Notes: generated by a model from the sequence alone, not told the origin. A stretch of 64,000 nucleotides of DNA from an uncultured delta proteobacterium (GCA_963815115.1 CAWFFN010000005.1:1184001-1248000); one strand, 5' to 3'. Shown: positions 30,641 to 42,661, numbered from the stretch's first letter. Numbers and translations are program-made.

Positions 30641-30855
30641 GCGGGACCTAGCCTGGTGAAGGCGGGGGGGTCAGATGGTGTTCCGATTCCCGAGAAAGGG
30701 CTGCTGCCCCCTGGCCGTTTTCCGGGGTGTCAATGGACGAACGGGGCCGGCTCGCGATTTGCACCGGCTAGCCGCCAAAGGGTGCGACGCGTCCGATGTC
30801 CGCCATTGCTGCGATGAATGCCGTCGGAAACGGATCTCAGGGGGGGCACGCTGGT

Positions 30856-31704
30856 ATGAGCGCCCTCGTCGAGGACGGCTCGCGCATCAGCCCGACCGCG
30901 CACTACACCGCGGACGTCTGGGTGCGCTCGGGTCTCTCGGATCCTGCTCTCTCCACCCGGCTCGGCGCGGTGCTCCATGCCGCGCTGGCACCGCTGAACC
31001 AGACCTACGGCCGCCTCTCGGGGCGGCCGAACCTCGACGCGATGCTCGTGGCGCGTCATCGCGCGCTCGACCGTCTCCTCGAGCGCGAGATCGCGGCGGG
31101 ACGCGTCGGGCAGGTGATCGAGATCGCGGCCGGGCTCGCGGGTCGTGGCTACCGTTTCGCGAGACGCTTCCCCGCCTTGCGCTACATCGAGACCGACCTG
31201 GCCGGCATGGCGGCGTACAAGCGCCGCGCGCTCGACGAGGCCGGGTTGCGCGGACCGAATCACGAGGTGCGGCCGCTCGACGCGCTCGCGGGCGACGGGC
31301 CGGCGAGCCTCGGAGCCGTCGCGGCCGAGCTCGTGGCGTCGCGCGGGCTCGCGATCATCACCGAAGGTCTTCTCAGCTACCTCGCCCGCGACGCCGTCCT
31401 GACGCTCTGGCGACGCGTCGCCGCGACGATCCGCGGCTTCGCGCACGGCTTCTACCTCTCCGACCTCCATCTTGCCTCCGACGTCGACGGGATGTGGATC
31501 CCCGAGCTGTTTCGCGTGGGGCTCGAGCTCTTCGCCCGCGGGCCGGTACGCTATCACTTCGCCTCGGCCGACGAGACGATGGCGGAGCTCCGCGCCGCGG
31601 GTTTCCGCGACGCACGTCTCTACTATCCGTCCGAGGTCGTGCCTCCCGATCGACCCGGCCGCGAGCCGGCGCACGTTATTCGCGTGCTGGCAGCGACGAC
31701 TTAA
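30856..31704 (+). CDS. LCM-family SAM-dependent methyltransferase
   Basis: ISPTAHYTA, QVIEIAAGL, ETDL, ITEGLLSYL. Confidence 0.85.
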   Translation: MSALVEDGSRISPTAHYTADVWVRSGLSDPALSTRLGAVLHAALAPLNQTYGRLSGRPNLDAMLVARHRALDRLLEREIAAGRVGQVIEIAAGLAGRGYRFARRFPALRYIETDLAGMAAYKRRALDEAGLRGPNHEVRPLDALAGDGPASLGAVAAELVASRGLAIITEGLLSYLARDAVLTLWRRVAATIRGFAHGFYLSDLHLASDVDGMWIPELFRVGLELFARGPVRYHFASADETMAELRAAGFRDARLYYPSEVVPPDRPGREPAHVIRVLAATT

Positions 31705-32177
31705 AGGAGGACGAGACATCCCGCCCGCCTTGCCCCGTACTCTCCAGATAACGCGTGACCCCAACTTCGAGAACGGATCGTGCACCAACGCGATCGCGTC
31801 GTGCGCCGACATCGCAACCTGCCTCGCTGCGTCGGCGAGTCCGCGGTGGACCAGGCGATCACGCTCTCCTACGCGATGGTCGAACCAGGATCAGTTCGGC
31901 ATGAAATCGACTCTGAACAAGTGCCAGGGCGCGATCGGCAAGGAGACGACGAAGTTTCTGCAGCGAGCGATCTCGACCATGAGGCCGCGGCGTTGCCGAC
32001 CCTCGGCCTCCGCGCGTCGGTGCTGTAGCACCACGGTCACGCGAACTGCGGCAAGAAGAGACGCGAACGTGGAGCGCGTGGGTGGACCTGCCCCGCGAGG
32101 GTTGACGAACGCCTCGGAGGCGGACGTTCGCTGGGATCCCTACCTCCGGATCGAGTTCCTCTCCGAGCTGTGCGGCG

Positions 32178-32351
32178 TCACGCGGCGATGTTGAGGGAGG
32201 CCGTGGCCAAGGCCTTCTCGCGGAGTTGGATCGCCGGGCTCATGACGGTGTAGCCGAGCTCACTGCGGCATCCACCGCACGTCGGCGGCTCGTACGGGTT
32301 GGCCGTGAGGCGCGCGCCGCACATGGGGCATGGCCGCATCGTCGTCGTCAT
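32178..32351 (-). CDS. small zinc-ribbon protein (57 aa)
   Basis: MTTTMRPCPMCGARLTANPYEPPTCGGCRSELG..; GGAG 7 nt upstream. Confidence 0.5.
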   Translation of the reverse strand: MTTTMRPCPMCGARLTANPYEPPTCGGCRSELGYTVMSPAIQLREKALATASLNIAA

Positions 32352-33862
32352 GGCACGTCTCCGAAATCGGTCTCGGCGCCGTCGAAGTCGTCGCCGGGCC
32401 GTCCTTCCGCTGTCCTCAGTGACTCCCCTCGCTGCTCGACACCCTCGATTACACAGACGATACGAAGGTTGGTGTCGTGGCGCGGTCTGATTGCGGCGTT
32501 CTTATCCATGCGATTTTGCAACTCGTTCCGCCTACCCAAGGCGCGACGATCTACGCTCCAGCGGCCTGCGGCCGTTCGCCGCATCGACGGTGCGTGCTGA
32601 GGAAGAGCGAACGGCGTGCCAACGAGCTATCGCAACTGAATGCCCACCGTTAGGTGATCAGGGCCTGGCTTGCCTGCGGGCCAAACGTAGCTGGTAAGCG
32701 ACGAGATCGTGAGCGTAGGGCGCACGTGGATTCGACGCCCGCCGAGGAGATGAGCGGCTCGGGTGCCGGCGTGGTCCCTCCTGCCTGCCCCAAAATCAGC
32801 TAACGGATCGGGTACCCTAGGGACGCCCAGGCCCGTACGGTGTGAATCGTGGCGGCCGGCGTACAGGTTGCGCGGAGCCAATTGAAGAAACTTCAGCCGA
32901 CCGGGCGCCCGTTCCCCGCCGGGAAACACGCTCTGCCGCAATACCGTCACCCTGGGGCGAAGGCTCCGCGAGCGCGCGCGGGACGGAGGCGGTCCGCAGT
33001 CGAGCCTGATGCGACGGTTCTCCCTTGGGTGGCCGTGACTCGCCATGACTGGAGTCCCCGCGAAGCGACGCCGCGCGGCCCCCCGGCGATGCTTCCAGCA
33101 TCATCGACGACGGCACCGGTGCCGATATGCGCCGCGTCAAGAGAGCGCACACGACAGCGTGGATCCTGGCGACGGCCCGCGGGGGCCCGCTCAGGATCGG
33201 ATCCTGTGGTGGGACCCGTCAGCTTGCACGGCGTCGTTCGCGGACATCGAAGGTTCTTCTGAAGATGGCGGACCTACGGGCATCGATGCGACAAACCCTC
33301 GCGGTGGTTGCGGCGGAGCGCGGCTCTAATCGCCACCAGATGGACATCTCTTCGACTGTCATGCGGGACATACTCCGTGGCGGAGACGAATGCGACAAGG
33401 AGGACCGTAAGCTGATGAGTTCGAGCGGGATCAGTTGCCGGCGCTCTCCGGTCCCCCGAAACGCCGTCAGCGGCCGCCGCGACCACCCGGACCGCTGCCC
33501 GCGCGGCCACGCCTCGAGTACCGGGGCCGCGCCGCGCCGGGCGTCCACAGCGCGAAGATCTAGATCACCGCCACCGGCACCACCTACACGCCCGCCGTCG
33601 ACACCGGCGGCACCTGCCAGACCCATCAATGCCAGATCCATCAAGCTTGCCGCCGGCGCACACACCATTGACGCTGGTGTGGCCGTGGGGGGCAGCAGGA
33701 CGGCGTTGCCGAGCCGGTGCGCGACGCGGCGGCAGCCTTCCGATACGAGTCCGGTCACGCCACGCCGAGGTCGCTTGCGAGCCGTGGCCGACGCCGACTA
33801 TGAGCCGCCCGGAAGGGGCGGCGCCCCACCCATGTGGCAAATACGGCACGAAGGAGGGCACG

Positions 33863-34240
33863 ATGCCCACGAAGAGCAAGGCGAAGCGCGCGCTCCCGAG
33901 GATGTCGCCGGAGGTGAAGGCAGCCTACACGGAGATCCAGCGCGGGGTGCGGAGTCTCGGCAAATCGATCGCTGAGATCCAGCAGGGGCTGTGGAAGGCT
34001 GGCCGGGACATCGAGGCGGCGGCGCGTGCCCGCATCCAAGCGCTCCGCAAGGACGTCCGCGCGCAGCTCGCCGGGCTCGAGAAGCGTCGCCGCGACCTCG
34101 CACAGACCCTCAAGCGCCTCGCGTCGGCGGCCGACGAATCCTCGCAGGACATCAAACAGTCGGCCGAGTCGGCCCTCGCCGAAGCCAGGGCGACGGCAGA
34201 CTCGGTGATCGAGCGCTTCCGCCGCGCGCTCGGCGCATGA
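33863..34240 (+). CDS. amphipathic coiled-coil protein
   Basis: AAGGAGG SD; all-helical heptad pattern; ATGA-coupled to next gene. Confidence 0.75.
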   Translation: MPTKSKAKRALPRMSPEVKAAYTEIQRGVRSLGKSIAEIQQGLWKAGRDIEAAARARIQALRKDVRAQLAGLEKRRRDLAQTLKRLASAADESSQDIKQSAESALAEARATADSVIERFRRALGA

Positions 34241-34617
34241 CGGCGCTCGCCGATCGGCTGGCGGCGATCTCCAGCCGCTCCACATGCCGCCTCACCCACC
34301 GTGGCCGCAAGAGCGGCAAGCCGTACCAGGTGACCATCTGGTTCGTGGTCGACGGCGACGCGGTCTATCTCGAAACCGCCAACGCCAAGCGCCAATGGGT
34401 GCGCAACGTGCAAGCGAACCCGCAGGTCTCCTTCGCCGTCGGCGGGGAGACATTCACCGGCACGAGCGAGCGCGTGCGCGACGCCGCCAAGGAGCGCCAC
34501 GTGATGGACCTCGTCGCGGCGAAGTACTGGTATCTCTGGCCGTTCGTCGCGCTGGCCCGCCTGCTGGGCTACGACCCGAAGCCCGACGCGAGCTTTCGCG
34601 TGCGGCTGGCGGGGTAG
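34237..34617 (+). CDS. deazaflavin-dependent oxidoreductase, nitroreductase/DUF385-like
   Basis: LTHRGRKSGK, IWFV, WVRNVQANPQV, AAKY. Confidence 0.8.
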   Translation: MTALADRLAAISSRSTCRLTHRGRKSGKPYQVTIWFVVDGDAVYLETANAKRQWVRNVQANPQVSFAVGGETFTGTSERVRDAAKERHVMDLVAAKYWYLWPFVALARLLGYDPKPDASFRVRLAG

Positions 34618-34689
34618 CCGTCGCTACCGGGGCCCTTGCCGCCCCCGGGCGTGCGGCTCCAGAATGCGGCCGACTCCTCAGGGCATTCC

Positions 34690-35549
34690 ATGGCCGGGAC
34701 GCAGCACGACGAGCTGTCCTTCGATCCGTCGCTCGTGAAGGAACTGGACCGGTTCCTGGCGCCACTCAAGCGGCTGCTCAGCCCGGTCGCGATCGGAGTC
34801 GAGCACGTGCCCCGCGAGGGGGGGGTGCTGCTCGCGGGCAACCACACGATCTACGGGCTGCTCGATTCCCCATGCTCGCGCTCGAGGTCTACGAGAAGAC
34901 CGGCCGCGTGGTGCGCGGCCTGGGGGACCACAACCACTTTGCCGTGCCCGTCTGGCGGGACCTTCTCACGCGGCTCGGGGCGGTGCGCGGAACGCGCGAG
35001 AACTGCGGGCGCCTCTTCGAGGCCGGCGAGGCCGTGCTCGTCTTCCCCGGCGGCGGGCGCGAGGTCTTCAAGCACAAGGGCGAGAAGTACGAGCTGGTGT
35101 GGAAAGAACGCGTCGGCTTCGCGCGACTCGCTATCCAGTATTGCGTCCCCATCGTCCCCTTCGCCTCGGTGGGGGTCGAGGACATGTTCGAGATCGTCCT
35201 CGATGCTGACGACGTGCTGAGCTCGCCGGTTGGACACCTGCTGCGGTCCCTCGGCATCACCGAGCGCGCCTGGTTCCGCCACGGTGAGATCCTGCCGCCC
35301 GTGGCCCGCGGCACCGGTCCAGGCGCGCTGCCACGGATCGAGCGCCAGTACTTCCTCTTTAGCGAGCCCATCCCGACGGATCGCTTCCGGGGGAGGCACG
35401 ACGATCCGGAGGTGTGCTTCGCACTCCGCACGCAGGTCAAGAGCGCGGTCGAGCGCGGCATCCAGCGGCTCCGCGAGGTGCGCGAGGCCGATCCCGAACG
35501 CTACCCGGTCCAGCGTCTGCTGCGCCGGATCGCCGCGAAGCTCGGCTGA
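34690..35549 (+). pseudogene. lysophospholipid acyltransferase paralog, frameshifted near 34868
   Basis: GNHTIYGLLD then frame change to PMLALEV..VFPGGGRE; closely similar to 25642-26496. Confidence 0.82.
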
Positions 35550-35564
35550 GGCGAGAGAGCGCCA

Positions 35565-36245
35565 ATGAACTCGCTCAGGATGCTCTGGACCGGCAAGGGC
35601 CCGATGGACGGCTGGATCGCCCGGGGCTATGACCGCGGCGTCCAGGCCGCGTTTCGCGAGATGTTCCTGGCCCTCGCGGGCGACCTGCTCAGCGAACTCG
35701 GCACGGCGCGCCGCGTGCTCGATGCGGGCTGCGGACCCGGCCAGTTCACGATCGTCGTGGCGGAGCGCCTGCCGGACGCGGAGGTATGGGGGATCGACGT
35801 CGCTCCCATCATGATCGAGCTGGCGCGCGCCCACGCGCGCGAGTCGCCCGCGGCCGCGCGCCTTCACTTCCAGGAGGCGGACGTCGGCGCGCTGCCCTTC
35901 CCGGACGCTCACTTCGACGCGGTCCTGAGCACCGGGTCGATCAAGCACTGGCCGGATCCGGTCGCGGGGCTGCGTGAGCTTCACCGCGTGCTCGCTCCGG
36001 GCGGGCGCGCCTTCGTCGCCGAGATGAATCGCCTCGCCCCGCCGCAGGCCGTGGCAGCCCAGCGCCGGCGCCTGCGTCACTGGTTCTTCCGGCTGATCTA
36101 CCCGCGCGTCTTCACGAAGGCGCTGTCCCCTGACGAGGCGAGACATGTCTTCGAGCGCTCGCCGTTCGGAAGACCCACGGCCGAGCGAATGCTCATCGAC
36201 GGCCGCCTGTGGCTCTTCGAAGCCCGCAAGCCACTGCCGGCCTGA
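35565..36245 (+). CDS. class I SAM-dependent methyltransferase
   Basis: VLDAGCGPG, ADVGALPFPD, LHRVLAPGG. Confidence 0.9.
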   Translation: MNSLRMLWTGKGPMDGWIARGYDRGVQAAFREMFLALAGDLLSELGTARRVLDAGCGPGQFTIVVAERLPDAEVWGIDVAPIMIELARAHARESPAAARLHFQEADVGALPFPDAHFDAVLSTGSIKHWPDPVAGLRELHRVLAPGGRAFVAEMNRLAPPQAVAAQRRRLRHWFFRLIYPRVFTKALSPDEARHVFERSPFGRPTAERMLIDGRLWLFEARKPLPA

Positions 36246-36404
36246 GGGCACTCGAGGGGCGGAGCACGTCCGGGCGCGGCAACACGCACCGTTGTACCGG
36301 ATTGGATGCCGTCCGAGCCCATCTCACGCTGCGCCGAGCGTGCGGGACGTACGAGCTACCCGGGATGCGATGGGCTGAGATGGCGTGGTGACGGGAGTCG
36401 CGGC

Positions 36405-36452
36405 GCTTGCCAAGCACAAGGTCGCCGGTTCGACTCGGTCACCCCGCACTCA
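36405..36452 (+). other. degenerate 3' half of tRNA-Gly(GCC), att relic
   Basis: GC-TTGCCAA-GCACA-AGGTC-GCCGG-TTCGACT-CGGT-CACCCCGC; no 5' half. Confidence 0.6.
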
Positions 36453-36555
36453 GAAGGTCGCGGCTGCCGGGACCAACGTGGTCCGTTGGGCAATATCGGC
36501 GGTCGAATTTCCCATACGAGACCATGTGCGGTGCGTGGCACATCCACCCTGCGCG

Positions 36556-36789
36556 CTACGGATTCCGCCACCCGCGTGCCTGCATGCAGACGCTGAAGCG
36601 CTCGCGCGAGTACATCTTCCCCCCGAAGCCGCTCGGCCCTTTGTACGAGGCGCGCATGCAGTCTTGTCGGTCAGCGTAGTACTGGTTCGAGTGCGGGGCG
36701 TACTGCGGATGCACCCAGTCGTCGCACAGGCCGCACGCACTCAGCAGGATCAACGATGCGGCGATGCGGGCAGGAGCGCGATACCGCAA
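36556..36789 (-). CDS. small putative lipoprotein
   Basis: Lipobox LSAC; DRQDC..CMQARGW. Confidence 0.65.
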   Translation of the reverse strand: MRYRAPARIAASLILLSACGLCDDWVHPQYAPHSNQYYADRQDCMRASYKGPSGFGGKMYSRERFSVCMQARGWRNP

Positions 36790-37252
36790 GAGCCATTCGC
36801 ATCCGAATTCTCCGGCTAGTTCGCTGGCAACGTGTGCGTTCTAGCCCGCATTTCTCACCAAGCCAACGATCGGTGGTGCGCAGGCGGCCACCATCGGTCC
36901 GATTCCGGTGCTGGTGTCCGACGGGGCGCAGTCCGCGCCCCGTCGGACACCCAGGGCGACCGGCACCAGGTGGGATAGCCGGCGGCGGGCACTCCAGGAC
37001 CTCACGGCCGCCGCCGCCGGTTGGAGAAGAGGGACCGCCGACCGGGTGCGCCGTCAGCAGCGGAGCGGAGCGGCGCGCTGCAGGTTGGCCAGCGCTGCGG
37101 CGAAGAGGCGCTGCAGCGGGAAGACGCTGCTGAGCTGTGAAGGTGGAGATCTTCGCCGCCTCGCGGGGCAACAGCTCGCCGTCGACGTAGAGTTGCATCG
37201 TCGCATCGTAGTGTCCGCCCGCGCGCCGAGTCGACATGAGCGGTCCGCGCGT

Positions 37253-37693
37253 TCAGTCGCAGATCGGCGTCTGCCCGAGGGTGGTCACTGTGCAGGCGAG
37301 ACCCGCACAGCAAAGCGTGATATTGCCGCATGGCGAGCCTGCCGGCAGGCAGGTCCCGTTGAGCTCTTGCGCGAGCTCCTCCGAGAATCGATCGACGAGC
37401 AGTGCGACGGACGGCGCGTCACCCGTGGCGCTGCATCCGCCCTTCGCGTCGATCTTCGCGAACGTCGTGCCGAGCGTCGCATGCGCGGCGTCGACGCAGG
37501 CGGGGTCCGGGTCGCTCCCCGTCTGGATCGCGTGGCGAAAGCATGCGTTCAGTGCCGACGATGCCTTGAGCGCCGCGTGCATCTTGGCGAAGCCGCACGC
37601 GACGGCGGGGTCGAGCGACGCCGCGCTCGCACCCGCGGCGAGGACCATGGTGAGCGCGAGGGCGCTGACCGATCGCCTGATTGAAGTCTGCAT
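37253..37693 (-). CDS. secreted Cys-rich protein
   Basis: Signal peptide, AGGAGGAG SD, C-terminal CLPAGSPC..CCAGLAC knottin-like motif. Confidence 0.75.
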   Translation of the reverse strand: MQTSIRRSVSALALTMVLAAGASAASLDPAVACGFAKMHAALKASSALNACFRHAIQTGSDPDPACVDAAHATLGTTFAKIDAKGGCSATGDAPSVALLVDRFSEELAQELNGTCLPAGSPCGNITLCCAGLACTVTTLGQTPICD

Positions 37694-38150
37694 ATTCGTC
37701 TCCTCCTGCGTTGCGCGGTAGAGTGCCGGCGGTGCCGGCGTCGCAACGCGTCAGCACTCCTACGCGCGACGCGACCGTCCGGATGCGGCTCGACGCGACG
37801 CTGGCGCTCGGACGCCGGCCCGAACGTGCACGCCGCGGAAACATCGATCTTCTCGCTCGCGGCGGGCGCGATATCCCGTCGCCGAGGCCGTTGCTTCCGA
37901 TCCTGGTCGCCTTCACCACTAATACGGCTAGCAAGCTCGTCGCTGCGAGCGCAGCCGGAGGGCGTCGCTATGCGCCGCGGGTGGCCGCAGGCCGTCTGGC
38001 GCTCACGGTCGGGTGTGGGCAACCGTGTTGGTGGCGTCCCTGACAGCGGGTGGAGATCACGGGCTCCCGGCACCGGGGAGTGCGACCGCCGGCGCGCTCG
38101 GTAGGCCGATCCTCACCCGACCCGAACCTGCTCAGTCGGGCTGAAAACAC

Positions 38151-38810
38151 CTACCCTCTCCCCATCCTCCTCAACACCTCGCCCACATCCCCCTTGTTCA
38201 GGAAGCCCACGAACGGATCCCGCGTCGAGTCCTGCTGCCACTCGTACTCCGTCGACTCGGCGATCTGCTGCGCGATCTCCTTGCCGTAGAGCTTGGCGAT
38301 CACGGCGAGCGCCATGTCCGTGCCGGCCGAGACGCCCGAAGAAGTCGCGAACGGCCCATCCTCCACCCAGCGCGCTTGCTCGACCCACTTCACGGCCGCG
38401 CCCTGCGCTCGTGCGAGATCGAAGAACTGCTTGTTCGAAGTCGCCCGGCGTCCGTCGAGTAGACCTGCCTTCGCCAGAATCGCCGATCCGGAGCATACCG
38501 ACATCGTCACCTCGGCCGTCGCCGCTCGTCGCCGTAAGAAATCGAGCATCGCGGGATTCTCGAGCTGCGGGATCGTGCCGAAGCCACCCGGCAGAAGGAT
38601 GAGATCCAGCATCGGCGCGCTCGCGAAGTCGAACTCGGCGACCGTCTTCGGCCGTTGAAACGACGCGACGGGTCCGGTTTTCTCGGCGACGGTCACCATC
38701 CGCAGCTCGGCGCCGATGCTGCCGAACATCTCGAGCGGCCCGTACAGGTCGAGCAGCTCGAAGTCCTCGTAGAGGACCGCTCCAAGCGTGCGGGTCTTGG
38801 GCTTGGTCAT
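38151..38810 (-). CDS. DJ-1/PfpI family protein
   Basis: FELLDLYGPLEMF, LPGG, SVCSG, GLLDGRRAT, TSSGVSAGTD. Confidence 0.92.
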   Translation of the reverse strand: MTKPKTRTLGAVLYEDFELLDLYGPLEMFGSIGAELRMVTVAEKTGPVASFQRPKTVAEFDFASAPMLDLILLPGGFGTIPQLENPAMLDFLRRRAATAEVTMSVCSGSAILAKAGLLDGRRATSNKQFFDLARAQGAAVKWVEQARWVEDGPFATSSGVSAGTDMALAVIAKLYGKEIAQQIAESTEYEWQQDSTRDPFVGFLNKGDVGEVLRRMGRG

Positions 38811-39029
38811 GGTCGATTCCTCCTCGCCGACATGGACGCTATCACGACTCGCGGGCTCACGAACGAGCAAAAGCCTGCCAAATCCCGCGCATCAACGGAC
38901 GTCGCTCCCAGGGGGACCACCTCGGAGGGATGGTAGGGCCCAAAGCAGCCGCTTCATTGCTCTCCGCTCGGGAAGATGAATGTGAGCTGGACGGGGACGA
39001 TCGAGGACGGGTCGCCGCTCGGGCGCTTC

Positions 39030-39114
39030 ACCAGGTCGTAGACCAAACGGTGGCCAGCAAGGTCGCGAGCGTCCAGCCGGCGAAGAGGAGCAGCACCCAG
39101 ACCGGGATCGCCAT
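39030..39114 (-). pseudogene. MAPEG-like membrane protein, N-terminal remnant
   Basis: MAIPVWVLLLFAGWTLATLLATV.., GAGGAGG SD; breaks off. Confidence 0.45.
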
Positions 39115-39125
39115 CGTCGGCCTCC

Positions 39126-39401
39126 TCAGTCCTCGGCGGTGGTCGGATCAATCACCGTACGCACCCGCGAGATGCGGTTGGCCGGGAAGCGACCCTGCTT
39201 CGCGTGCTCGCGAACGACCTCCTCGTCGGGTGCGATGTAGACGCAGTAGATACGGTCGTCGGTGACGTAGCTCTGCACCCACTGGATCTTCGGCCCGAGG
39301 CGTTCGACGACCGCGCACGACCGCTGCGAGATGTTCCGGAGCTCGAAGGTCGAGAGCTTCCCCGCTCCCGGGATGTCGCGCTCGATCACGTACTTCGGCA
39401 T
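39126..39401 (-). CDS. DUF4242 family protein
   Basis: MPKYVIERDIPGAG..IQWVQSYVTDDRIYCVYIAPDEE..EHA..FPANRIS..IDPTTAE. Confidence 0.88.
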   Translation of the reverse strand: MPKYVIERDIPGAGKLSTFELRNISQRSCAVVERLGPKIQWVQSYVTDDRIYCVYIAPDEEVVREHAKQGRFPANRISRVRTVIDPTTAED

Positions 39402-39483
39402 GACTCTTCTCCCTTCGGGTCGGATGAGCGTCAGGGGACACGCGCGGACGGTCATCCGTCACTCCACCTCGGCTCGCGCCGTC

Positions 39484-39894
39484 TCAGAGAGCCACCGAAG
39501 GACCGAGCGGCTTGGCTTGCCCGTTTTCCGACCACACGAGCAAACTGCCGAGAACGATCGCGGCCAGAAAGAGAGCGGGCACGTCACCAAGCAGGTGACC
39601 GCAATGCTCAGCGGGCATCGATTGAACCGCCATGATGCCGGCGTGCACGACGCTCGACCACACTGTGAACCAGATCAGGCTGCGATGGGCTTGCGGGTTT
39701 CTCGACGCATTCAGCAGGAAGACGCCGAGCGTGAGGTATACCCCGACGAGCATCATGAAATACTGGGATTCATAGGGCGCGCCGGCGTGCCACGCCCAGC
39801 CAGACGGCCACACGATCGCCAGAGGATAGATCAGCAGGAAGGCTGCGCCGAATACAGCCAGGGCAATTTGCAAGAGCCTGTGCGGGGACGTCAT
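39484..39894 (-). CDS. DUF6632-like membrane protein
   Basis: IYPLAIVWPSGWAWH..YFMMLVGVY..HRSLIWFTVWSSVVHAGIMA..HLLGDVPAL. Confidence 0.75.
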   Translation of the reverse strand: MTSPHRLLQIALAVFGAAFLLIYPLAIVWPSGWAWHAGAPYESQYFMMLVGVYLTLGVFLLNASRNPQAHRSLIWFTVWSSVVHAGIMAVQSMPAEHCGHLLGDVPALFLAAIVLGSLLVWSENGQAKPLGPSVAL

Positions 39895-39980
39895 CGGGTT
39901 CCCTCCCTTGTCGGAGTCACGCTCCGGGTGGTGGTCTGGGAAGTGCGGGGCTCAATCACCTGGACGTTCACCAATGGCAT
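39891..39980 (-). pseudogene. 29-aa ORF beginning like a 4-oxalocrotonate tautomerase
   Basis: MPLVNVQVIE.. with GGGAGA SD; ATGA-coupled to the DUF6632-like gene. Confidence 0.45.
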
Positions 39981-40031
39981 CGCTGTCTCCCTTCCGGGCT
40001 TCGCGCCGTGCGAGCCCTTGCCGGCTCATTC

Positions 40032-40046
40032 GCAAGCGGCGCGCCA
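40032..40046 (-). promoter_or_regulatory. sigma-54 (-24/-12) promoter
   Basis: TGGCGCG-CCGC-TTGC on the minus strand with exact spacing, next to a sigma-54 activator gene. Confidence 0.8.
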
Positions 40047-40100
40047 GGCGTGACCGAAGCCACTGAGCGCGTAGGTGGGCGGTTTCTCGAGGGCAGTCCA

Positions 40101-40157
40101 GTGGCGAGATCGTATGGAGCACGAGATATCGCGCCGGACGACGCGAGATCTCGCCAC
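40101..40157. promoter_or_regulatory. putative upstream activator sites
   Basis: Repeated GCGAGATC / CGAGATATCGCG / GCGAGATCTCGC dyads 55-110 bp upstream of the sigma-54 site. Confidence 0.55.
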
Positions 40158-40167
40158 GGATCGCCGC

Positions 40168-42084
<1,917 letters not shown>

Positions 42085-42228
42085 GGAGCCGGGCCCGCGG
42101 CGCGGACCGCTGTGGCGTCTAATAGGTCAGCCGATGACGCGGAGGCAACGGGCGGTCCTCGGCCCGGATTGCGTTATCCCGTTTCTGCTACCGCCGCCGA
42201 AAAACCCTAGTGCCGCAAGGGCCAACAA

Positions 42229-42279
42229 AGCTTCCCAAGCTGGACGTCACCGGACCGGTTCGACCCCGGTCGCACGCTC
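42229..42279 (+). other. degenerate 3' half of tRNA-Gly(CCC), att relic
   Basis: AGC-TTCCCAA-GCTGG-ACGTC-(ACCGG)2-TTCGACC-CCGGT-CGCACGCTC; 5-bp duplication, no 5' half. Confidence 0.65.
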
Positions 42280-42619
42280 TTCCGCGAATCGAAAAGTTGC
42301 AACATTTCAGGTGAGCAGGGCCGGCGTCCGTGCCAGGTCCGCGAACCGGGCGCCTGGGAGGGTCTGATCTGCATGAGCAGTCCAAAGCCTGAATGTGCGC
42401 TCGAGCGTGGCGCCGAGGGTTGCGGCCCGCAGGCGAAGAGCGGGCGAACATCGGGCCGGTTTTTAAGAGGTCATCTCGGCACGTTTTCGAGCACCCGTTG
42501 CCACTACGTTGCCACTACGACCCCAAATGGTATCTCCGAGTAGCCCCGCGCAACTGCCACCTCGAGCAGTTCCGCGGGGATAGCCGTGCATAGGTCCGCG
42601 CAGGTGCACTGTCAGACAC

Positions 42620-42661
42620 ATGGCATTCAAGAGGTCGGGAGTTCGACTCTCCTCGGCTCCA
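42620..42661 (+). repeat. att core copy 2 (tRNA-Ala 3' 42 bp)
   Basis: Identical to 18583-18624. Confidence 0.96.

Noticed and set aside
32700-33050. Possible structured ncRNA or riboswitch in a long non-coding stretch
   Set aside because: No recognisable aptamer consensus or terminator; more likely decayed coding sequence. An Rfam scan would be needed.
33412-33470. CTGATGAG...CGAAAC resembling a hammerhead ribozyme core
   Set aside because: Stem II cannot form (GTTCG versus CCCCC), CTGAT pairs better with the downstream ATCAG, and no convincing stems I/III are present.
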